Part shown: piece after piece, positions 36,567 to 49,512 of the stretch | Numbering within the stretch: position 1 is the first letter of the stretch | Layout of the letters: the number at the start of each line of letters is the position of its first letter | Source of the DNA: Mobula hypostoma | Taxonomy: Eukaryota | Assembly (NCBI RefSeq): GCF_963921235.1 | Contig: NC_086101.1 | Span: 10,232,001-10,296,000 of the forward strand | Reading direction: 5' to 3' | DNA length: 64,000 bases | The notes under the pieces: generated by a model | The model's database searches: none | What the model was told of the DNA's origin: nothing | What the model saw: only the letters and a program-made list of their open reading frames with translations | Made by a program: the position numbers and the translations under genes

Positions 36567-39500
36567 TTGTAGCTCAGAAGGGTAGGGAAAGGAAGAGGAG
36601 GGCAGTAGTAATAGGGGACTCGATAGTAAGGGGGTCAGATAGGCGATTCTGTGGATGCAGTCAGGAGACCCGGATGGTAGTTTGCCTCCCTGGTGCCAGG
36701 GTCCGGGATGTTTCTGATCGTGTCCAAGATACCCTGAAGTGGGAGGGTGAGGAGCCAGACGTCATGGTACATATAGGTACCAATGACATAGGTAGGAAGA
36801 GGGAAGAGGTCCTGAAAAGAGAATAAAGGGAGTTGAGAAAAAGGACCACAAAGGTAGTAATCTCGGGATTACTGCCTGTGCCACGCGACAGTGAGAGTAG
36901 GAATGGAATGAGGTGGAGGATAAATGCGTGTCTGAGGGATTGGAGCAGGGGGCAGGGATTCAAGTTTTTGGATCACTGGGACCTCTTTTGATACAGGTGT
37001 GGCCTGTACAAAAAGGACGGGTTGCACTTGAATCCTAGTGGGACCAATATCCTGGCTGGGAGATTTGCAAAGGCTACTGAGGAGACTTTAAACTAGAATA
37101 GTTGGGGGGTGGGAATCAAATTGAAGGGACTAGGAGAGAGGAGGTTAGTTCACAAATAGAGAAAGTGAGTAGACTGTGTGTGAGGGAGGATAGGCAGGGG
37201 ACAGAGATCAGGAGCACTCAGACCGAAGATGTAGGGGACAAGGAAGAAAAAGATAACAAAGTTGTTTGCTCCATTAGGAATAAACAGAGAGTAAGAGGTG
37301 GTGAGTTTCTTAAATGCATCTATTTTAATGCTAGGAGCATTGTAAGAAAGGTGGATGAGCTTAGAGCATAGATTGATACCTGGAAATATGATGTTGTAGC
37401 CATTAGTGAAATATGGTTGCAGGAGCAGTGTGATTGGCAACTAAATATTCCTGGATTTCATTGCTTCAGGTGTGATAGAATCAGAGGGGCAAGAAGGGGA
37501 GGTGTTACATTGCTTGTCAGAGAAAATATTACGGCAGTGATTTGGCAGGATAGATTAGAGGACTTTAGGCAGGCTATTTGGGTGGAATTGAGGAATGGGA
37601 AAGGTGTAGTGATGCTTATAGGGGTGTATTATAGACCACCTATTAGGGAGCGAGAATTGGAGGAGCAAACTTGCAAGGAGATAGCAGATATTTGTAGTAA
37701 GCACGAGGTTGTGATGGTGAGAGATTTTAATTTTCCACACATTGACTGGGAAGCCCATTCTGTAAAATGGCTGGATGGTTTGGAGTTTGTCAAATGTGTG
37801 CAAGATAGTTTTTGCAGCAACACATAGAAGTAATAACGAGAGAAGGGGCAGTGTTGGATCTCCTGTTAGGGAATGAGATACGGCAGGTGAATGGAGGTAT
37901 GTGTTGGGGAGCACTTCAGGTCCAGTGATCACAATACCATTAGTTTCAATATAATTATGGAGAAGGATAGGACTGGACCCAGGGTTGAGATTTTTGATTG
38001 GAGAAAGGCTAACTTTGAGGAGATGCAAAAGGATTTAGAAGGAGTGATTGGGACAGTTTGTTTTATGGGAAGGATGTAATAGGGAAATGGAGGTCATTTG
38101 AAGGTGAAATTTTGAGGGTACAGGATCTTTATGTTCCTGTTAGGTTGAAAGGAAAGGTTAAAAGTTTGAGAGAGCCATGGTTTTCAAGGGATATTGGAAA
38201 CTTGGTTCGGAAAAAGAGAAGGATCTACAATAAATATAGGCAGCTTGGAGTTAATGAGGTGCTTGAGGAATATAAAGAATGTAAAAAGAATCTTAAGAAA
38301 GAAATTAGAAAAGCTAAAAGAAGATATGAGGCAGCTTTAGCAAATAAGGTGAAAATAAATCCAAAGGGTTTCTACAGTTATGTTAATAGCAAAAGGATAG
38401 TGAGGGATAAAATTGGTCAGAGTGGACAGCTATGTGCAGAGCCAAAAGAGATGGGGGAGATTTTGAACATAGAAACATAGAAACATAGAAAATAGGTGCA
38501 GGAGTAGGCCATTCGGCCCTTCGAGCCTGCACCGCCATTTATTATGATCATGGCTGATCATCCAACTCAGAACCCAGCCTTCCCTCCATACCCCCTGACC
38601 CCTGTAGCCACAAGGGCCATATCTAACTTCCTTTTAAACATAGCTAATGAACTGGCCTCAACAGTTTGCTGTGGCAGAGAATTCCACAGATTCACCACTC
38701 TCTGTGTGAAGAAGTTTTTCCTAACCTCGGTCCTAAAAGGCTTCCCCTCTATCCTCAAACTGTGACCCCTCGTTCTAGACCTCCCCAACATCGGGAACAA
38801 TCTTCCCGCATCTAGCCTGTCCAATCCCTTTAGGATCTTATACGTTTCAATCAGATCCCCCCTCAATCTTCTAAATTCCAATGAGTACAAGCCCAGTTCA
38901 TCCAGTCTTTCTTCATATGAAAGACCTGCCATCCCAGGAATCAATCTGGTGAACCTTCTTTGTACTCCCTCTATGGCAAAGATGTCTTTCCTCAGATTAG
39001 GGGACCAAAACTGCACACAATACTCCAGGTGTGGTCTCACCAAGGCCTTGTACAACTGCAGTAGTACCTCCCTGCTCCTGTACTCGAATCCTCTCGCTAT
39101 AAATGCCAGCATACCGTTCGCCTTTTTCACCGCCTGCTGTACCTGCATGCCCACTTTCAATGACTGGTGTATAATGACACCCAGGTCTCGTTGCACCTCC
39201 CCTTTTCCTAATCGGCCACCATTCAGATAATAATCTGTTTTCCTATTTTTGCCACCAAAGTGGATAACTTCACATTTATCCACATTAAATTGCATCTGCC
39301 ATGAGTTTGCCCACTCACCCAACCTATCCAAGTCACCCTGCATCCTCTTAGCATCCTCCTCACTGCTAACACTGCCACCCAGCTTCGTGTCATCCGCAAA
39401 CTTGGAGATGCTGCATTTAATTCCCTCATCCAAGTCAATTTATTCTCTTTGGTAATCACTAAGGAGAAAGATATTGAACTGTGTAAGGTAAGGAAAATAA

Positions 39501-41140
39501 GAAGGGTAGTTATGGAAAGTATAATGGTTAAAGAAGAGGAAGTAGTGGCACTTTTAATTAATATTAAAGTGGATAAGTCTCTGGGTCTGGATCGGATATT
39601 CCCTAGGACCTTGAGGGAAGTTGGTGTGGAAATAGCAGGGGCTCTGACAGAAATATTTCAAATGTCATTAGAAACGGGGATGGTGTCGGAGGATTGGTGA
39701 ATTGCTCATGTTGTTCCATTGTTTAAAAAGGGTTCTAAGAGTAAACCTAGCAATCATTGGCCTGTGAGTTTGACATCAGTGGTGGGTAAATTGATGGAAA
39801 GTATTCTTAGAGATGGCATATATAATTACTTGGATAGACAGGGTCTGATTAGGAACAGTCAACATAGATTTGTGCGTGGAAGGTCATGTTTGACAAATCT
39901 TATTGAATTTTTTGATGAGGTTGCTACGAAAGTTGACGAGGGTAAAGCAGTAGATGTTGTCTAAATGGACTTCATTAAGGCCTTTGACAAGGTTCCACAC
40001 AGGAGGTTAGTTAGGAAGGTTCAATTGTTAGGTATTCATATCGAAGTAGTGAAATGGATTCAGCAGTGGCTGGATGGGAGACGCCAGAGAGCAGTGGTGG
40101 ATAACTGTGTGTCAGACTGGAGGACGGTGTCTAGTGGTGTGCGTCAGGGATCTGTACTGGGTCCAATGTTGTTTGTCATATATATTAATGATCTGGTTGA
40201 TGGGGTGGTAAATTGGATTAGTAAGTATGCAGATGATACTAAGAAAGGTGGAGTTGTGGCTAATGAAGTAGGTTTTCAAAGCTTGCAGAGAGATTTAGAC
40301 CACTTAGAAGAGTGGGCTGAAAGATGGCATATGGAGTTTAATGCTGACAAATGTGAGGTGCTACATTTTGGTGGGACTAATCAAAATAGGACATACATGG
40401 TAAATGGTAGGGCATTGAAGAATGCAGTAGAACAGAGGGATCTAGGAATAATGGTGCATAGTTCACTGAAGGTGGAGTCTCACGTGGATAGGGTGGTGAA
40501 GTAAGCTTTTGGTACGCTGGCCTTTATAAGTCAAAGCATTGAGTATAGGTGTTGGGATGTAATGTTGAAGTTGTACAGGCATTAGTAAGGCCAAATCTGG
40601 AGTATTGTGTTCAGTTCTGGTCACCAAATTATAGAAAGGATGTCAATAAAATTGAGAGAGTACAGAGGAGATTTACGAGAATGTTGCCTGGGTTTCATCT
40701 GCTAAGTTACAGAGAAAGGTTGAACAAGTTAGGTCTTTATTCTTTGGAACGTAGAAGGTTGAGGGGGGAGTTGATAGAGATATTTAAAATTATGAGGGGG
40801 ATAGATAGAGTTGATGTAGATAGGCTTTTTCCATCGAGAGTGGGGGAGATTCAAACAAGAGGACATGAATTGAGAGTTAAAGGGCAAAAGTTTAGGGGTA
40901 ACATGAGGGGGAACTTCTTTACTCAGAGAGTGGTAGCTGTGTGGAACGAGCTTCTAGCAGAAGTGGTTGAGGCGGGTTTGATGTTGAATTTAAAGTTAAA
41001 TTGGATAGATACATGGACAGGAAAGGAATGGAGGATTATGGGCTGAGTGCAGGTCGGTGGGACGAGGTGAGAGTAAGAGTTCGGCACGGACTTGAAGGGC
41101 CGAGATGGCTTGTTTATGTGCTGTAATTGTTATATGGTTA
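36567..41140 (+). mobile_element. CR1 LINE (ORF1 esterase plus ORF2), interrupted at ~38467-39436
   Basis: VIGDSIVRG / VHIGTND esterase, [22 protein letters not shown] and KYADDTK RT; 3' tail. Confidence 0.93.
38467..39436 (-). mobile_element. Apparently young 5'-truncated CR1 nested in CR1
   Basis: Uninterrupted 288-aa RT C-terminal frame (38567-39433) and a clean (AACATAGA)n tail. Confidence 0.93.
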
Positions 41141-42614
41141 TGTGGTGGTGTCCCCAACAGTCTTCCAGCACACTGTTAACAGGGTCATCATTCCTCTGCC
41201 CCTCAAATTAATCCAGTATGTTAACATCTTCAACCTCAGCAACTGTAAGGGGATGACCTTATCACACCACAGCACAGTCTTAAAGCCTGTGCTTGTATCA
41301 CATCCAAACATTTTAGATATGAAGATGAAGCTGATCCATAAGCCACACAGCCATAATAAAGTACAGATCTTATTAAGTTTTATAGAGCTGTATCATGACT
41401 TCCTGACTCCTGTACTGCATGCCCCTAGTGATGAAGACAGGCATTTCATACACATCTTTTTTTGCCACACAATCTATTTGCATTGCCACTAACAGGAAGA
41501 TTGGACTTGGACCCAAAATTCCTCTGTACACCAAAGCCAATAACTATCCTTTCCACTTTCCCAAGTGCAATACCTGACTTGTTCAGATGAAACTCCATTT
41601 GCCATTTGTTTGCTCAGATCTCCAAATGATCTATGTCCTACTGTATCCTTTGACAACTTTTCACTACCCAAAATTCAACCAGTATTTGTGTTGTCTGCAA
41701 GTTGCCAATTCACCTATGTACAACTTTGTCTCAGTCATTTATATGTTGTATATGTACTGTGTGTACAGTTCCCCATGGATCCTGTGCATCTCAGAATGTT
41801 CAAAGTTCATAACTCTGAAATTCTTCTTCTCCAGTTAGCCATGAAACCACTAAAGAAAAGAAAGGCAGCATGATCATCCAACCCCAAATCCCCCCTCCCC
41901 ACACAAAAAAAAGTGAACAAACACCGAACAAGCACATCGACCTCCAAATCTCACCTCCCACACAAAAAAGAAAAAATGGGAACAGGCACATCAACCCCCA
42001 AATCCCCCTCCCTGCAAAAAAAATTAGCGAGATTAGGTAAAGAGCACCGAATATTAAAAAATTATAGGACTGAAAAAAAATTCTCGTCCAAGTCCACATC
42101 CGAAACTCAGAAAACTTGGGCAACACTCTCCAGGCAAAGCGACAGGCTTTTCCCTGTCTGGCAGCGAGCGATTAAAAGGCAGGCAGCCGGCACTCACCCT
42201 CCACATTCACCTCAATCTTGATCATCGTAGTTAACCCACCATGAGAGGCCGTTCAGTTTCCTTAATGAAGACCATGTAGTCAGCATCCACTGCTCCACTG
42301 TTATAAATCAACTTCTTCACCTCCTCAAAAACCTCAATCAGATTTGCAAGACATACCCTACTCCACACAAAGCCATCCAAATGCGAGCAAATCCAATCCC
42401 AAAGAATACTCTCCAATAGCTTCTCCATCACTGATATAAAATCCATGGGTTATCTCTCTTAGATTATTTCCTTCTTGAAATATGGAACAACATTCATTAT
42501 CTCCATTTCTCCAGGACTTCATTTCTGGCCAGCATTCCACCATTAACTGAGTTTTGTCAAAATGCCAGGAATCCCAGAAAATCCCAGAAATTTCCTCTCT
42601 TTCCTCTCTCAGAT

Positions 42615-43715
42615 ACTGGTGGTGATGAATCAGCATACGGAGGGAAACTGAAAATTTGCCTGAGTGGTGTCATAGCAACAACCTCTCACTCAATGTCACC
42701 AAGACCAAGGAGCTGATTGTAGACTTCAGAAGAGGGAAAGCAGAGGTTCATGAGCCAGTCCTCATTGGTGGATCAGAGGTGAGAGGGTTAGCAACTTTAA
42801 ATTCCTGGGTGTTACTATTCCGCAGGACCTGTCCTGGACCCAGCATGTCAGTGTAATTGTGAAGAAAGTATGGCAGTGCCTCTAGTTCCTGAGGAGCCTG
42901 CAGAGATTCAGCATGACATCAGAATCAGAATCAGAATCAGGTTTATTATCACTGGCACGTGACGTGAAATTTGTTAACTCAGCAGCAGCAGTTCAATGCA
43001 ATACATAATCTAGCAGAAACAGAAAAAAATAATCATCATAAATTAAATAAAACATAATAAATAAACAAGTAAATCAATTATGTGTATTTAATAGAATACA
43101 TAAAAAATTTTGACAGAAGTCTATAATTGTGTGGCAGAAAGTGTACTGACTGGCAGCAACAAGGCCGGATGTGGGAACACCAATGCCTTTGAATAGAAAA
43201 TCCCGCAAATATAGTGGATTTGGCACAGTATATCACGGGTAAATCCCTCCTAACCATTGAGTGCATCTACATGAAACACCATCGTAGAACAACATTATCC
43301 ATCATAAGATGTCCTCATTGCCCAGGCCAGGCTCTTTTCTCACTGCTGCCATCAGGTAGAAGGTACAAAGCCTCAGGACTCACACCACCAGGTTCAAGAA
43401 CAGTTACGAGCCCTCAACCCTTCAGATTCTTGAACAAAAGGGGATAACTATACTCAACTGTCCATCCATTGAGATGTTCCTACAATGAATGAGCTCTCCT
43501 TAAAGATTGTTTTCTTATTTCATGTTCTCAATCTTTGTTGCTATTTATATATTTTTGCATTTGCACAATTTGCTGTCTTCTGCACTGTATTTGATCTTTC
43601 ATTGCTCCTGTTACAGCTACTATTCTGCAGGTTTGCTGAGTATGTCCGAAGGAAAATGAATCTCAGGGCTTATTTATGTAGTCTGACAATAAAATTTACT
43701 TTGAACTTTGTATAG
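42615..43715 (+). mobile_element. Rex1/Babar 3' fragment, with a short antisense tail insert at ~42919-43100
   Basis: WCHSNNLSLNVTKTKELIVDFRR and LFSLLPSGRRY; (TCAGAA)n at ~42919-42940. Confidence 0.8.
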
Positions 43716-44440
43716 ATCAGAATCAGGTTTATTATCATCAGCATGTTTTGTGAAATTTGTTAATTTAGCATTAGCAGTTCAATGCAACACATAAAATAGA
43801 AAAAGAGGAAAAAAATAAATCCGTCAATTACAATATACGTACATTGAATAGATGAAAAACCATGCAAGAAACATTAATAATGTATACTGTATTAAAAAAG
43901 TGAGCTGGTGTTCACGGGTTCAATGTCCATTTAGGAATTGGATGGCAGAGGGGAAGAAGCTGTTCCTGAATCACTGAGTGTGTGCCTTCAGGCTCCTGTA
44001 CCTCCTACCTGATGGTAACAGTGAGAAAGGGGCATTCCCTGGGTGCTGGAGGTCCTTAATAATGGACACTGCCTCTCTGAGACACTGCTTCTTGAAGATG
44101 TCCTTCCTGGATACTTTGTAGACTCGTACCCAAGATAGAACCGACTAAATTTACAACCATCTGCAGCTTCTTGCAGTCCTGTCTGTAAATTCCCCATACC
44201 AGACAGTGAAGCAGCCTGTCAGAATGCTCTCCATGGTACATCTGTAGAAGTTTTTGAGTGTATTTTTTGACATACCAAATCTCTTCAAACTCCGAATGAT
44301 GTATAGTTGCTGTCTTGCCTTCTTGATAATCGTATTCCCCTGATATGTTGGGACCAGGTTATGTCCTCAGAGAGATCTTTACACCCAGGAACTTGAAACT
44401 TCTTAATCTTTCCACTTCTGATTCCTCTGTGAGGATTGGT
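43716..44440 (-). mobile_element. Rex1/Babar 3' fragment
   Basis: EVERLRSFKFLGV on -; antisense tail 'atcagaatcaggtttattatc'. Confidence 0.75.
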
Positions 44441-44518
44441 ATGTGACATAGTAGAATTTCCCAGACTGATTTCACTATCTTCCATAATCTAATCATAAGC
44501 AAACAACTTTTGTTACCC

Positions 44519-44728
44519 AAACACGAGGAAATCTGCAGATGCTGGAATTTCAAGTAACACACATAAAAGTTGCTGGTGAACGCAGCAGGCCAGGCAGCAT
44601 CTATAGGAAGAAGTACAGTCGACGTTTTGGGCTGTCAGGACGAAGGGTCTCGGCCCGAAATGTCGACTGTACCTCTTCCTATAGATGCTTCCTGGCCTGC
44701 TGCGTTCATCAGCAACTTTTATGTGGGT
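44519..44728. mobile_element. 210-bp fold-back PLE mini-element
   Basis: 73-bp inverted arms at 44560-44632 and 44653-44725; 14-bp TSD AACTTTTGTTACCC (44505-44518 and 44729-44742). Confidence 0.88.
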
Positions 44729-45084
44729 AACTTTTGTTACCCTTTTGCTTTAAATATACGTAAAAAATGCCTTGGTATTTTCTTTAATTCTAATTGCCAA
44801 TGGCATTTCATGTCCACTTTTAATCCTCATTATTCCTTGTTTGTGTTCTTTCTGGCTTTCTTTATATTCCTGAAACTTCCTGTCTGAATTCAGCTTCCAA
44901 AAACTTAAGTGTTTCATCAGGCTGCATCTGTGGAGAGAAAAACAGTTAATGTCTCAAGTTGATGAACTAGGAAAGGCTAGAAGTCAATAAACGTGATTGC
45001 AAGCAGTTTTAATACTTAGGCTTCATGAATTCATGTTGCATTTTGCCTGACGACTATTATTTCTCCATCTGTCATTAACTGCAG

Positions 45085-45363
45085 GTTCGGGGAGTGAACC
45101 TCGGATTCAGATGAAGGGATACCATGGAGCGGGAATCCAGCTTGTGTGTAAATCCAGTGGATGGAATCCTGAGCCAGAGATCCAGTGGATCAGTGGCGAT
45201 GGGAATGCATTAACAGAGGCTGAGACAAAGTACCACAGAGACTCGGGTCTTGTAAATGTTGAGAGCAGTGTTGGAGTAACGAGGCAATCATCAGGCAAAC
45301 TGAAGTGTATTATCAGGAGTCAACATTTGAAAACAGAACATACAGCAATTATTACAATATCAG
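45085..45363 (+). CDS. Butyrophilin-like gene, IgC exon (279 nt, phase 1-1)
   Basis: Acceptor taactgcag| and donor G|GTTTGT. Encodes SGSEPRIQMKGYHGAGIQLVCKSSGWNPEPEIQW...LKCIIRSQHLKTEHTAIITIS, with the BTN-type CxSxGWxPxP motif. In frame with the IgV exon. Confidence 0.9.
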
Positions 45364-45899
45364 GTTTGTAAATTATGATGTTTGATCGGTGAAGGGGAAA
45401 GGTGATCTAATTTCTCCTGAATTCCTAACTACCAAAGAATAGTAATGTCTTTGCCAAAATCTTATGTCTGTTGAATACTGTCCCTTGCCTTTAAACAAAG
45501 TCAACTGTTAGTGACAATTTTGCTGTTTGTGCATCTTTTAAATCTGGCACACCATTAAAGGCCAATTGAATCCACAACTTGTTCATTTGGGTTGGACATC
45601 AACACAGATATTTTCAATCCTTTGATACTCAGGTGAAAGTTAAGTGGATACAACTTGGAATGTTTCCAAAAATATTAGCATTACCAAACATTTCCCAAAG
45701 CATTAGCATCTGCTGCATTGACCTACCTGTGAACTATTGACATTGCTATGCCCAAGATGAAAGTCGCAGGTGTGGTCGATTTGAAAAAAAAGATCCAGAA
45801 AAATAATCAACCCGATTACTACTTGAAACTTCTATAAGTTGGCCCAGGGCTAATACAATCAGAGCAGAATTTCTGGCTCAATGATCAGTGTGGGAAAAC

Positions 45900-47900
45900 C
45901 CCTCATAATTTTGTATACCTCTGTAAAATCCCCCCTCGATCATCTACATTCCAGTGAATAAAGTTCAAAGCAATTCAATCTCACACCATAACACAGGGGC
46001 TGAGTTTTCAGTAACTTCCTTGTAAATTTTCTCTGCATTCTTTCAATCTAGGTACGTGATCAAAACTGGACATAATACTTCAACTTAGGCTGTAAAACAT
46101 CTCATTCAATTTCAAGCTAACGCTCCATTCGTGTACTCAATATATTGATGTATGAAGGCCAATATGCCAAAAAGTTTTCTTTATGACCCTATCTACTTGA
46201 AACACCACTTCCAAAGAATTATGGACTGTATTCCCAGATCCCTGTGTTCTACTACACTCCTCAGTGCCCAACCACTCACCATGTAACATCAACCCTGGCT
46301 AGTTGTACTGAAGTGCAACATCTCACACTTGTCTGTGTTAAACTGCATCTGTCATTTTTTATCCCATTTTTCCAGGTCTTCCAGATCTGCTGTAAACTCT
46401 GATCATCTTCCTCACTGTCTACTAACCTCCAATCTTGATGCCATCTCTAAATTTGATGATGCAGTTTACCGCATTATCATCCAGTTTGTTGCTATGGATG
46501 ATAAACAACAATGTACCCAGCACCGATCCCTGCGGCAGACCACTAGTCACAGGCCTCCAGTCTGAGAGGCAGCCACCTACAACACTCTCTGACTTCAAAC
46601 GAGAAATCAAAGTCTCTTGCAATCTTGAAAGCCAAGCAACTGAAACTTTTTGACCAAACTACCATACAGGACATTCTCAAAGTCCTTGCTATGGTGCATA
46701 TAGACAACATCCACTGCCTTGCCTTCATCAACATTATTTGTAACTTGCTCAAAAAATTATATAAGATTGGTTAGACAAACTTACCACACACAAATCCGTC
46801 TTGGCTGTCCCTAATCAGTGACTGTCTATCCAAATACTTTTATATCTGGTCCCTAAGAATACTTCCCCAAAACTTTCCCAGTACTGATGTCAGGCTCAGA
46901 TGCCTATGATTTCCTGGCTTATCCTTCAACAGCTGAACAACATTAGCTCTCCTCCAATCCTATGGCACCTCACCCATGGCTAAAGATGTTTAAAATATCT
47001 CTGCTGGGGCCCCTGCAATTTCTGCATGAGCCTCCCACAGGGTCTGAGAGAGCATCTTGTCTGGTCCTGTGATTTATCCACTCTAATTTGCTTCAAGACA
47101 GCAACACCTCCTCCATAATCTTTATAGGGTCCATTACCCCGTTACTGCACAGCCTCACGTCAATAGATCCTGTCTCTCTCCCGAGTAAATACTGATGCAA
47201 AAATCCATTTAAAATCTCCCACGTTTCTGTCAGCTCCATGCGTGGATACCACTCTGATCTTCCACGTGTCTTCTTTTAGCCCTCCTGATTGTCTTCTTGC
47301 ATTTCTTTCACTCCTCAAGTACCTCATTTGTTCCTGCCTGACTCTAACTGTTATGTACCTCCTTCTTTTGCTTAACTAGGACCTCAACATCTCTTAAAAA
47401 CAATGTTTTTTCAACCTGTTATCCCTGCATCTTATTCTGACCGGGACATACAATCTCTGTACTGTCAAAGTTTCCCTTTTGAAGGCCTCACACTTAACAA
47501 GTACACCAGTGCCAGAAAACAAGTTGTCACTATTCACACTTGCCAGATCCTTTCTGATACCACCAAAACTGGCCTTTCTTCAATTTGGGATATCACCCAA
47601 GGGCCAGACCTATCCTTTTCCTTAATTACTTTGAGACCAATGGCATTATGATCACAAGATCCAAAGTGTTCCCCTACAGAAACATCTGTCACCTGCCCTA
47701 ACTCATTCCCTAATAGCAGATCAGGTATCACACACTCTCTCTTTGCAATGATCAAGGAAACTTTCTTGAGCATATTTGACAAACTTTTTCCCATCCAGCT
47801 GTTTGACACTATGGGAGTCCCAGTCAATATGAGGAAAGTTAAAATCACCCACTATTACAACATTATGTTTCTTGCAGCAGTCTGCAATCTCTCTACAAAT
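45900..47900 (-). mobile_element. Old, decayed CR1 ORF2
   Basis: WRPVTSGLPQGSVLG and DLLLGNELGQV...GSCDHN. Confidence 0.85.
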
Positions 47901-48824
47901 GTGCTCCTCTACATTATAGACTCATAGAGAAGTATAGCACAGAAGCAGGCCCTTTGGCAAATCTAGTGCTTTCTAAAAATATTTAAATTGCATTCTCCCA
48001 TCGACCTGCACTGGGACGATAGCCCTGCGTATCCCTACTATCCATATACCTACATAGAAACATAGAAAACCTACAGCACAATACAGGTCCTTCAGCCCAC
48101 AATGCTGTGCCAAACATGTACTTACTTCAGAAATTACCTAGGGTTACATATAGCCCTCTATTGTTCTAAGCTCCATGTACTTATTTAGTAGTCTCCTAAA
48201 AGACCCTATCGTATCCACACCCACTACTGTCCCCAGCAATCCATTCCATGCCCTCACCATGCTCTGTGTAAAAAAAAATTAACCCTGATATCTCCTCTGT
48301 ACCTACTTCCAAGCACCTTAAAACTCTGCCCTCCCATGTTAGCCATTTCAGCCCTGGGAAAAAGCCTCTGACTATCAATGCATCTCATCATCTTATGCAC
48401 CCCTATCAGGTTACTTCTCATCCTCCATCGCTCCTAGGAGAAAAGGCCGAGTTCACTCAACCTATTCGTGGAGGGCATGGTCCCCAATACAGTTAACATC
48501 CTTGTAAATTTCCTCTGCACCCTTTCAATAGTTTGCACATCCTTCCTGTAGTGAGGTGACCAGAAATGAGCACAGTACTCCAAGTGGTTCTGACCAGTGT
48601 CATATATAGCTGTAGTATTACCTCTTGGCTCTTAAACTCAATACCACGGTTGATGAAGGCGAAAGCACTGTTTGCTTTCTTAACCACAGAGTCAACCTGC
48701 ACATCAGCTTTGTGTGTCCTATGGATTCGGACCCTTAAAAACTCTCAAATCCTCCACACTGCCAAAAGTCTTACCATTAATATTAAATTCTGCCATCATA
48801 TTTGACCTATCAAAATGAACCACC

Positions 48825-49512
48825 TGTTGTAAGTGAAGAAACAGATTTGGTATGTCTCAAAGGCGAGGACTCTGGACACAGTCTTGGCAGTAAAGGATTT
48901 TATTTACAGAAGGCAAACGCAGGAAAATAGCAACACGCATATGCGCACAATTTACAGTAGTGAGATCGGCAATAAAACACGTGGACAATTAATAATGAAC
49001 GTGGGAAAATCGTGTGGGAACAAAGTACACGCACACACACATACAACCAAGGGAAAAGCCGATACGATACCTGCCCCCCCCCTTGACTCTGTGCAGGCAC
49101 GGCTCTCTGCTTTTAGGAACAATATCCAACGCTCCCAACCCCATTTAATGCACAACTCACCAATAATTTCTCCAGCGCTGTTCCACAGTTCTCAGCCTGG
49201 AGTGAAGCAGGGAGATCCCTCGGATGGCAAAAAGAGAACAGGTCCAGCACACGTGGCACCCTTTATAGTGCAACAGGGCTGGAGGGTCCCACCCAGGTAG
49301 TTCACAGGAACGCCAATGGCTCGGTGCCAGCAGAGTTAAGCTGTTTACAAAGGCCAATTGCCTGAGGCCAAGTACAAGGCTAATTAAAGGGGCCAATGGT
49401 TAGGTGTGCATTGATGGCCGAGGAGGGGTCAAACCCTGATTGGCAGGTGGCATGCCTCTCGACCAGGTAATGCGCAGTGCTATCACATGACAGTCACAAC
49501 CCCTCCAATACA
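48825..49512 (-). mobile_element. Solo LTR (688 bp)
   Basis: TG...CA ends and a 5-bp TSD CCACC/CCGCC with one mismatch. Host CR1 rejoins as gaaccacc|tcacactt. The minus strand has TATAAAG (~49261-49267) upstream of AATAAA (~48899-48904). Confidence 0.85.

Noticed and set aside
48833..49300. 155-aa ORF
   Set aside because: Entirely within the solo LTR, GTG start, no recognisable domain.
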